A DNA stretch of 64,000 nt from Callorhinchus milii (Eukaryota). The stretch covers positions 7,378,001-7,442,000 of the forward strand of contig NW_024704751.1 in NCBI RefSeq assembly GCF_018977255.1, given 5' to 3'. How positions within the stretch are numbered: position 1 is the stretch's first letter; every line of letters starts with the position of its first letter. The notes under the pieces were generated by a model that was not told the DNA's origin, did no database searches, and worked only from the letters and a program-made list of their open reading frames with translations. A program made the translations under genes and the position numbers. This document shows, in pieces, positions 53,621 through 64,000 of this stretch.

Positions 53621-54376
53621 GGTATTTCCAAGCCCCGAATTAACCTCTGACCCTCTCATTCTCTGTGCTGTTTGTTGTCTGTGTTTGGTGTTTTACACTC
53701 GCTCCCTGTGTTGTGTAATATATACGCCATAATTTGCCGTAATTTGCTTTGCATTGGATACAGCCCCTTTAAATCAGGTCGTCGAGACGTCGCAAAGCAC
53801 TTCTCGTCATATACTGTGAAGTGGTTTGACTGTATAGTTTGTGGGTGAAACACGGCAGCCAGTTTGCGCGCAGCCCCCACCCCACCCTCCCCACCCCCAC
53901 CCCACCCTCTGGCACGGAGCCAGTTCCCAGCCACTGTTAAATGCTCCGAGACGCTGCTCGGTGTGAGGGCCGCTGTATACATGCAAGATGATGTTGTACC
54001 CTTCTGTCTTCCCAAACACAGCATCAAGCTATTCCTAAAATGAGTCCAGTGTCCTGGTGATTTCTCCCCCCCACCCCCCACCCATGGCTCTTGACGTTAA
54101 GCTGTGCTCTTAGATCTGTCCGTGTAACAGAATGCACTCAGACTCCCGGCAGCACCATCAGGCAGTCTATAAATAATGCATCACTTTAGTGCTTTCGTTC
54201 TGTGTCAGGCAAACAGTGCGCCACAGACTGCCCTTTCCTGTTTCCCAGCAAGAAGGCGAGTACATTACTTGCAATGAAATCTTAATGAGACCAGGATAAA
54301 ACTGACGGCTGCCTCCACCTCATTTCCTGTTTCCCTCCGCCCGGGTCAAGCATGTATCGGAGTCTGCTTTCACCTT

Positions 54377-54738
54377 GCGGAGTGGTTAGCGCTCTCGCCT
54401 CGCAAGCGAAGGGACCCAGGTTTGATTCCCAGCCGGGGCGAAACCTTAGACAATTTTCCGTACTCCACACGCCTGTTTACCCAGCACTATGTAGGTACCC
54501 CATTGTTAAGTCGATTAGCGGATCGCATTCGGAGCTAATAATCCCTCCCTCCTCCACCCCCAAAACGTATTTGGTCACTCAATCCATGAGGGTTCCTAGG
54601 ACGTTACTGCGTGCAATTGGCTGTTGCGTCTCGCCCACAAAACACACAGTCACTCCACTTTACAGTATATCCTATGAAGCTCGTTGAAACGTCTCAACGA
54701 CGTGATAAGGCGCTGTATCAAATGCAAGGATTATTTAT
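54377..54738 (+). mobile_element. tRNA-derived SINE
   Basis: gagtggttagcgctctcgcctcgcaagcga...tttgattccc...aaatgcaaggattatt. Confidence 0.85.
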
Positions 54739-57700
54739 CTGCGACTGGGCCAAAGTGAGAGACGGGGGTAGAGGTTGTGACTGTGAGACATTTCCCCATG
54801 AGGCGCACGCCTCGGGATCAAACTCGTTTCCACCAACGTGCGCGTCCAGCTCAGCGATGAACTTCCCTGCATCATGACTTCAATTTCCCTTTGTCCCTCT
54901 GCGGGGGGTGGGGGGGGGGGTGGGCAGAGTGGCCGAGAATGCCTGACAGCTGAGGTGCATGTGCACCGAGTTAATGAGCGTTACAATATGGAACCAGTTG
55001 TCCCCGTGGACCTAGAAGAAGAGCAATTACATGCAAATGTGCCCAGTGCTGGTCAGGCTTAAGTGGCCAGTGTCCGGAGCCATTGTCGTCAAAAGCGTAG
55101 CTGTCTTTGAACTGGAAATCGGCTCAAGACATTCTCTGTGTAGCGGAGCGCAGTCACTTGGAGGGCAGGGAGTGACGAGAGTATTTCTCTGACAGCATAG
55201 ACACCCCGTTCAATCCATGAATATTTCAGAGAGGGAACGAGCTGCTTTCTCTCTTCACAAGGTCGCGAGTTATAATAATAATAATCCTTGCATTTGACTA
55301 GCGCCTGTTTGAGACGCCTCAAAGCGCTTCGCAAAATGTATTGGAGAGTGCGGTGACGGTTGTATTTTGTGGACGAAATGCGCAACTAATTCTGCGTGGC
55401 AGTGTTCCCATAAACTGCCTCCCCCGTCCCTCTCCCCCTGGCTCAGGGTCAGACTCCGCCACTGTTAAGCGCTCCGGGACACTACCCTGCGTGAAGGGCG
55501 CAAGATAAATGCAAGTTGTTGTTGTAAACATTCATGTTTTTTAAGGTATTATTAACCCCGGAGAGCGATCTGCCAACCGACTTAACAACCCGGTTCCTAC
55601 TCGCTGCTCGGTAAACAGAGGCGCGTGGAGTAAGGAAACTTGTCTAAGGTGTTGCTCAGCCCGGGAATCGCACCCGGGCCCTCTCGCTTGCGAGGCGAGT
55701 GCACGGTACGCTACAGGATCGCGTGGAGGGTGAGTTTTAGTTCAGTAACTGTTTAACTTCACCTTTTCAAATCAATTAACTCTTTCCAATCTGTTTCTGT
55801 AACTCACACTATAAATATACTGGCTGACAGTGAGTGATGAGAGCCCAGCTTGTGATAAGGTGAGTCAGTGATGAATTATGGAGCTGGTCTCTGGGGGGAT
55901 TTAGAAGTGGTCTTTAGTTACCCGCTCCGTTTTTTTCCTGGACTTCATTCCTCATCACATTGTGAACCTCAGAGTCACAGTGGCAATTTCAACATCCAGA
56001 TCAGATCTGCAATGCACACTGCAGGATGACTGCAGTGGAAAACATCCTTCTGAAATAGCTTGTCTTTAAAAGGGATACCGTGCAGTGCTTTGGCACCTTC
56101 ACTGGGTGGGAGTGCAGTCACAGAGGTAGAATATTCATTCTTCCTCCTTCCCTCCCTCCTGCCTTTTCTCTCTCTCTCTCTCTCTCTCACTTTCTTTCTT
56201 CTCTCTCAAAGTATACAGCCACATTGCTTCATTTTGTTTTGCCCACAAAATACACAGTCACTCCACTTTGCAGTATATCCTGTGAAGCGCTTTGAGACAT
56301 CTCGACGACGTGATAAGACGCTGTATCAAATGCAAGGATTATTATTATATTATCATTTATTATTCCTCCCCTCCCCTGGTGACAATCCTGAGCTGATCCC
56401 CTGAATGAGAGGTCAACGTGGAGGGTGTGTGTGTGGGTGGGTGGGGGGGTGCGAATTCAGGAGAAAACGGGCGGATACTTTGGAAGTTGAGATAGGAACA
56501 TGGAAACAACAGCCCATTCAGGCCCTCGAGTCTGTTCTGCCATTCTATAAGATCATGGCCGATCTGTAACTCAAGCCTAATTACCCGCCCTTGCCCCGCA
56601 TCCCTTGATGCCCTGACCTAAGAAATAGCTGTCCACCTCAGTCTTGGAGATGTGAATGGATATGAAAGGACCCGGTGAAAGGGCAGACAAGTCGGTTTAG
56701 AGGAGCCCATCGTGGGCAACACCATGCGGATTGGGGTGGGTGAGCTGAGAGGCCTGTTCCTATATTGGGAGCATAACACAGGGAGGGAACAGCCCAGGAA
56801 TTCCGTGTGTTGTTCCCGCTCCAGCAAGACCTAGGGCCAGCTTCACATAAATAACAGGGAATGTGTGGCTGGTTGGCAGGCAATGGCATCCGAGCCAAGT
56901 GGGATCAGCGCTCAGCTGGATCGTGTTGACACCAATAATAGCCTCCAATAATAGCCGGACGGTTCAGAAGAATCCAGAACCTTCCGCCTGCCCGTCCCAC
57001 AGCGGAGGATTGACCAGAACCTTCTCTTTATATTTATCTCAATGTCTGGTCAGTTTCTGGGTAGAAACTCAACTGAGGGCGCCCTCTGTTGGCCACACCG
57101 GGCACGGCTCTTTAGGAAGCCGGGTCGCCCTCGTCTCGCTGCTCTGGGGTAGAAGAGGTCTGCGGCCCTAAATTCCACCTAGTCCTAGCCCGTAACACCC
57201 ATTTGTCTTCAACCGTACGACTGCGCAGACTTGTGAGAACTTCGGCTCAGCCCTAACTGAAGTGGTTTTTCTGCAGCCTTGCAAAGGGAAAAAAACGAGG
57301 CGCCGTATTTTATAATTTGAACGAATTCGGTACACGGCGCTGTGAAGGAAGAGAGTAAGTGTTACGTTGAAGCAAAGGCGAGCTGCAAACCATTGCTTCG
57401 GATGAGACGTTAAACCGAGGTCCCATCTTACCAATCCAGGAGGACGGTAAAGATCCGCTATTCAGAAAGGGAAGGGAAGTCCTCTCCCTCCAGATGTCCT
57501 GTCACTCACTTCATGGCTGTTTTTGGGGACACTGCTTTGCGCAAATTTGCTTCTGCGCTCCCTACTTTACAGTGTAACCTGTGAAGCACTTAGAGATGTT
57601 TTAATACTAATAATCCTTGCATTTGATACAGTGCCTTATCACGTCTTCGAGACGTCTCAAAGCGCTTCACAGAATATACTGTGAAGTGACAACCTGATAA

Positions 57701-58919
57701 ATAAGGCTCTGTATACGCTGCAAGGATAATTATTGTCGTAACTCGGCAAGTGGAGCCTTCCGCGACACACACAGATGTTCATTGGCAGAGTTAACAGAAA
57801 CACGTTTAATACTGTGCAGAAAAGCAGCATTTTTAAAGTCATACATTTCAACATTACAATGAACACAGAATAAATGAATCCTGTACATTATCGGAAGCAG
57901 CTGTTTACCGGCCATGTCTGTGTCGACTCTCTTTTAAAAAAGAAGGAAACGACAGCTTACTAACCAACAAATGCGTTTCAGCATTCAATGTGCATATGGG
58001 GCAAATAAATTAATTCACAGGTAAATCAATATAAATAAATGACCGAGTGAGACAATCCTGATAACCAAACAGTAGTAAACAATGCATCCTGGTTATCCGA
58101 GGCTAGTGCAATAATAAACTCAGTACACAGGCGGATATTCCGTAAATGTATTTCTGAATATCCTGTGTTTCAACGACTCGCTTTTTGCTCTGTTTAAACG
58201 TCGAAAATAAGAGGAAAAAAAGTGCGTTCGTTTGTTGATTTAGGCCTGTCCAAGTGACATGTAACATCATATACAGTGAAAATGTTCTTACACAATAGCC
58301 CTCATCCCTGTCCCCCCTCAACTACATCTCTTTTAGATCAGGACTGACGATCTTTCTCTTCGACCGTGCCTACGGTCGCCTCCTCCCTCCCAACCCCTCG
58401 GCTGGGCATCAGGTTCCGCAACTGTTAATCGCTCCGGGACGCTGCCCTGTGTGAAGTAGGTTATATAAATGCCAGTTATTGTTATGCTTCCCAGTTTATC
58501 TACCTCTATGGGGGCAACAATTGTTTGTGTACATGTGCCTCAGTGGCACAATATACAAGTTATAACATGGTATACAGTACGCAGTGGGAATATTACCAGG
58601 GTTTCATTGCACTGATGCAATGCCATATGTTTAACCATGATTTGCTGTGGTGCAGCATACTTAAATGGAAGGGATGAATGGCTTCCCAAATACTTTCCAG
58701 CAGACTGGGATGTATAGTTCATTGTATATTTGTACTTAAACTGAACATTTTTCAGATTTATTTGCCCAGGGAGGGAGGGAGTGGGGAGAGGGTGTTCAGC
58801 AGACAGTGAACATTCATTTGTATAAATAAACCACGGAGTTACAAAAAAAGGGTTTCTGCCATTCTCTTTGATTCTGATTGTTGGAATAAAGACGTAAAGT
58901 GTTCTCATTGGAGCGGAAA

Positions 58920-59250
58920 GTAGAGTCCTGTAGCTCAGTGGTTAGAGCCTTCACCTCGCAAGCGAGAGATCTGGGTTCGATTCCCAGCAGGACGAAATGT
59001 TGGGAAAAGTTCCTTACTCCACAGGCCTGTTAATAATCCCTCAAGAAAAAAAACCCAATAATAAATTGGTCACTTCAATCCACGGCTGTTTGTGGGGACG
59101 CTGCTGTGCGCAATTGGCTGCTGCGTTTCACCCACAAATATACAGTCAATCCACTTTACAGTATATTCTATGAAACGCTTTGAGACGTCTCGAAGACATG
59201 AACAGCGCTGTATCAAATGCAAGGATTATTATTATTATTATTATTATATT
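58920..59250 (+). mobile_element. tRNA-derived SINE, full length
   Basis: gagtcctgtagctcagtggttagagc...gggttcgattccc...aaatgcaagga(tta)n. Confidence 0.9.
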
Positions 59251-60116
59251 CTCTGGCCAACACATGATGAGCAGCCGGATTTGGCGTCAAAATACACGAA
59301 GCTTTAAGCGCTCCGAGACGCCGCCCGATGTGAAGGGCGCTACATGAAATGCAAGTCGTTGTTCTTTATGTAAGTTCCAAAGTCTGGCCTTTAAGGGATG
59401 CCGGACTTAATGTGGGGGGGACGGAGGGTGGAATCGCAGATAAAGATTTGAGTACTTGCAATTCCAGCTATAAGAAGCAGCTTGAAGTCGCTTTGAAAAT
59501 CCTGCCCCCTAAACCCTACCCCCACCCGACCCCCGACCCACCCCCCAGAGATAACAGGGAATGTCACCAACAAAAAGGAACAAACAGTGTTTTTTTTGCT
59601 AATACAACACAGGGAGACACATCACAGGGTGGGGTGGTGAGCAACACTTACAATGAACATGTTCCCTAACATCTAGAGAAGCAAGCGGAGAAATGAATAC
59701 AATATTATACATGGCTGTTGCTTTTGTACAGCGCGAGTTATACATTCTCCCCCCCCCCCCACCCCCTCGCTCCCACCCCAAAACCACTGCTCTAACCTTC
59801 TTCCCCCCACAATGTGCTAATAGTACTGTATTACATTTAATGGTGCATAGATTTTCTGTTTCGCAACGGCAGCACTGAATTCCATTCCCCCTCCCACCCC
59901 CCAACATTCCCACCACCACACAAAAAAAATCCCTCGCACAAAACCGCTTCCGCTTCACTTGGCGAGGCAGGAATCCGTTGCTGTTGCTGTCGGGATGGTT
60001 TAGTCGCAGGTTTGACTGGGATTTAATCGCCAGCCTCGCCCCTTTGTTCGTCCTGTGCATCGACACTGACCCCAAGCGTTTTGTTCAATGCAAACTCTGG
60101 TGTGTTCGTATATAAC

Positions 60117-60147
<31 letters not shown>

Positions 60148-60216
60148 TTACAATAGCTGCATCTTCTTTTGTTTTGTATTGAGGAATTCTGGCTTCTCTG
60201 CACGTTATCTCCTTGG

Positions 60217-60414
60217 NNNNNNNNNNNNNNNNNNNNNNNNNNNNNNNNNNNNNNNNNNNNNNNNNNNNNNNNNNNNNNNNNNNNNNNNNNNNNNNNNNNN
60301 NNNNNNNNNNNNNNNNNNNNNNNNNNNNNNNNNNNNNNNNNNNNNNNNNNNNNNNNNNNNNNNNNNNNNNNNNNNNNNNNNNNNNNNNNNNNNNNNNNNN
60401 NNNNNNNNNNNNNN
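60217..60414. other. Assembly gap (N run)
   Basis: Run of N. Confidence 1.
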
Positions 60415-60850
60415 TATGTGTTCACTAAAAAAAGTTTGATAAATCTCAGCACCAGGCATATATAGTTGAAAACTCCTGAACCGTGTGTGTTTGTCCCCAC
60501 TTGAAGAAACGAAACTCCACATCGAGAGTCTGAAGACTTAGCAAAAAAAAAACCACAATCTCTGCTGCTGACACGCGGTCAGTCCTTGAACGCGAGCCCG
60601 AGGCTACGGATTGGACTAGAAAGAGTTTGGATCTACAAGACTATCTTGATATAAATATATACTTGTTAGAATACAAATCCTGTCGCCGGGATCGAACGGG
60701 GGAGCCGTGGCGGTGCTGGAGAATCTGTCGGCTCCCAAACTGCCGCGTCCTGGGATTGAATGTGTCCCAGAAATGAGGTCGGTCGCGACGGGACGGGGTA
60801 ACTTTTGTTCGTGTGTGACTCGCTCGTGCACTGGTAGCCCTCGCTCCTCG

Positions 60851-61040
60851 TTAGAAGCCCGTGCTCTCCGAGCTGCTCCGGCTGTCGTAGCTGAAACTCC
60901 GGCTCCGGCTCCGAGACCGGCTGTACGAGCTGTAGCTGTCGTAACTGCGGCTTCGACTCCTGCCGTAGGAAGAGTACGTGCTCGGGGAGCTGGGGGACGA
61001 GGGGCTGGGTCGGTAGTAGGGGATGGGTCGCTTGCGTGCA
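60851..61040 (-). CDS. SRRM3: SRRM3 terminal coding exon (C-terminal part of the eMIC domain plus RS tail)
   Basis: ccacag|(S)ARKRPIPYYRPSPSSPSSPSTYSSYGRSRSRSYDSYSSYSRSRSRSRSFSYDSRSSSESTGF*; ARKRPIPYYRP is the SRRM3/4 eMIC signature; position next to HSPB1 favours SRRM3. Absent from the ORF track. Confidence 0.92.
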
Positions 61041-64000
61041 CTGTGGAGTGAACGGGAAGACAGGAGGGAGGGAGAGAGAGAGATGGGGGGGGAGTGGGGA
61101 CAAAAGGTACAGAGAGATTAAGTGAGGTTAGACAGTATCACACGACTAACAGAAATGCAACTCGCTTGTTTGCTTATTAAAGCTGTGCAATCCTTATAGT
61201 TAATTCAAACCACAACTGAACTGCTGTGAACTTCCCTGTGCTCTAATCCCATTTCCCCTGCTCTTTCCCCCATCGTGTCTGTCCTGGTGCTCGCGCTCTC
61301 ACTGGAGCTCTCTACCCTTATCCCATTCCCTGCTCTCTCCCCAATCGTGTCTGTGGTTTGTGCCCAGTCCCCCACTCAAGGGGAGTGCAAAAAAAAAGCC
61401 ACTTCTCCTGTTTCTGCATTGCACCATTCTTTTAAGATGCCAAAACATCAAACGCCTGTTTGCAGAAAGAGGGCACTTTGCCGTGTGCCAGTCTGACATT
61501 TTACAGCTGTAATACTAAGCCACTAAATAAAACCTGACCTACATTATACACAACAGCTTCTCAAAGTCACCCTCACTGCCCTACTTCCTTCATTATTATT
61601 ACTTCCTTCAGCACTGAGCAACCTGGCCCACCATCCTCCTGCTTCATTCCAGGCTGTGCTTTTATTTGAAATTGTATCTTTTACTCAGGCAGACAGACAG
61701 ACATACTGACTGACTGTGGTAAAATTCACTCTGATTTACTTAGTGGTCTGAAATGTTTTCCAAAAATTATCGATTTGTAGGATGGGATTAATTTGATGTC
61801 AAAAAAAGCTTTGAGACGTCCTCGCGAAGCGAAAGACTCCGTGTCAAATGTAAGGAATATTGTTAGTGTGTACGCAGGGAAATAGTTTGGATATTGCCAC
61901 TAAAATGATACCCAAAATGAGAACAGATAGCATCACATTGGGTGGCCTAGTTTATTGTAGCTGAATATTCTGGATCTTTTAACCAAAGGGTTGTGAACAA
62001 ACTATAAATACAAATAATGTATTTACTGAATCTTTGAGTAAACCCCAATCGCTCACCAAACTGACCTCCCGGTGACTGATGTGCACACATCATAGAATAT
62101 TACAGCACAGAAGAGGAACCCAATCAGCCCCACTCCCCCGCACTTTCCCCATACGCTTGCAAATTTTTCTTTTTCAATTCAATTCCTATCCAATTCCCTG
62201 TTGAAAGTTGTTATTGAATCTGCTTTCCACCCACCCCCCCCCACCCCTCCCCTTTCAGGCGGTGCACTCCAGTCCATAACAAGTCTCTGCGCAAAAAATG
62301 CCATTCAATCAACGGCAACTGGTCAATCTCGATTAAAAGAAAAGTAACTGAATTAAATCAAAATGCAAACTATTAACAGTCAGTTCATTTCTAAAAAGTT
62401 TTACTGTGAAGATTTTGTCCAGCGTTAGATTCGATAGTACAGTGAAGCGCGAACAACCCAGCACTAAATGCGAACGTTTCGTCTGCGTGCGGTGAGAGCC
62501 CGCCGAGGAGAGAAGAGGTTACTTTGTCAGCGGTTAAACTCCGAAGCAAAGAAATTGATTAGTTAGCTGTGAGCTTGCGAGACGTTCCGAGAGGAAAGGC
62601 AATCCCGGTGCTGAGAAGCGTGAATACAAGGTTAGTCAGTGGGTTAGATTGTAACAGTCAGGGGTTTCTGTTCAGTGGGTAGCGGTGAGAGAATCGGGCA
62701 CTCTGTAATGTAAATCACATTGGATCCGTCTCCAGGATTGCAATCCCAGGACAATTTCCAACTAATCCCAGTTCACTGCTCCATTCCCAATTGCATCCTG
62801 ATACTTTAAGAGCTCTTGAGTTGAACACCAGCTCCCGGCTGGTAACGTGGGCTTCACCTCTACAAAGAACAGTGACGGCTATTGCAGAGAGCACGTTTCC
62901 TGATGGAGGGACCTGGAGGACACAGAAGGAGGAGGGAGGGCTCTCTCACACTGGCTTCTCCACTGAACAGCCCTGTTTAAATATTTTTGTTCCACACAGA
63001 GAGAGAGGCACCTGTTAGTTGGCTGTGTAGCGCACTGTAAGCTGTTAGCAAAGAAGGAACAATTTATCATTGCACGCTTCAGATCTGCACTTGAACTCAG
63101 GCCATGTCGTAGTGTGGGATTGACGTGCCGGTCAAATGCAAGGATTATTATATATATATATAGTCCTGTATTTGCTGATTTAAGTACACTCAATAAAGCC
63201 CTCCCATGAAGTCTCCTTGTAGATTCTCTAAGTTGACAGTAAGTTGGGTTGGAACAGGCCAATTGGAAAATGACTGTAACTCGTTCCCATTAACACTGAC
63301 CAGTCATTCCCAATGAGAGCGCGACTGACACATGGGCTGAATCCTCAGTGCGTCCCTGAACATGTTACACACAACAGCGCTAGTTAAAACCTTCCCCGTC
63401 AGGAGAGCACCGTCGCGAGGCTGTACCTATACCCGGGGGGGGGGGGAGAGAGTAAAACGTGACGCACGGAGACCGCAAGCTCCTCCGGGGGCTTCCTTTC
63501 CCCAACACGGGATCCAGTCGCGGAGGAGGTTACATGGGCAACCACTCGACCTCAGCGATCTTCGGGAAATCTTCAGGCCGGAAGGGAAAAAAACGAAAAG
63601 ACAACAGATTGAACTCAAACCAGTCATTAAACAAGCTGACATCACGGAATCAGTACCTCTAAACGGAAAGTCTGACATCCCCACTCCTCATCCGACTTTA
63701 AGCTACAATTTACACGCTTCTACAGTACAAATCCGGGAAGTGCCTTAAGACGATCCTCCCGACTCGAAAGAGTCTGTTCCAAATGCAAGGAATTAACATA
63801 ATTGCTTTCTTGAAAAAAAACATAAAACCAGTCTGCAAATTTTTTTTTTTAACATTTCAACTTACTTTTGCAAACTTCCGTGAACCTACAAGCTCTGGTT
63901 TCTATCTCAAGTGGATTCGCTCTGGGGAATTATGACGGGACTGGAGCCTGGGATCTTTTCTGGTGTCTGCTTGACGTTCAGATTTGAACGACAGGATCAT

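Noticed and set aside
60000-60522. ORFs spanning the N run
   Set aside because: Artifacts of the assembly gap
60616-61103. ORF-track proteins over the SRRM3 exon
   Set aside because: Wrong frames; the real frame (ARKRPIPYYRP...) is entered by splicing and has no local start codon

Overview
Vertebrate genomic DNA, not prokaryotic. The repeat families (tRNA-headed SINEs, Deu-domain SINEs, L2 and CR1 fragments) suggest a cartilaginous fish, most plausibly elephant shark; this is an inference. Spliced genes reconstructed by hand from GT-AG junctions and reading phase: the 5' end of AP2B1 (- strand, runs off the left edge); PEX12 (+, 3 exons, 356 aa), head-to-head with AP2B1; an SSC4D-like four-SRCR scavenger receptor (+, 11 coding exons, about 578 aa); YWHAG/14-3-3 gamma (+, 2 exons, 247 aa); HSPB1/HSP27 (-, 3 exons, with an apparent 1-nt frameshift in exon 1); and the last, eMIC-encoding exon of SRRM3 (-). 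Best leads: the HSPB1 frameshift at C-CCC-TGA (assembly error, null allele or recoding); an unannotated intronless 143-codon ORF with its own polyA signal between AP2B1 and PEX12; candidate stop-containing alternative exons upstream of the SRRM3 eMIC exon; retroposon tails supplying 3' splice-site tracts; and a triplicated TATA-like+CRE cassette in the YWHAG promoter. I found no clear new multi-gene system; these leads are hypotheses.
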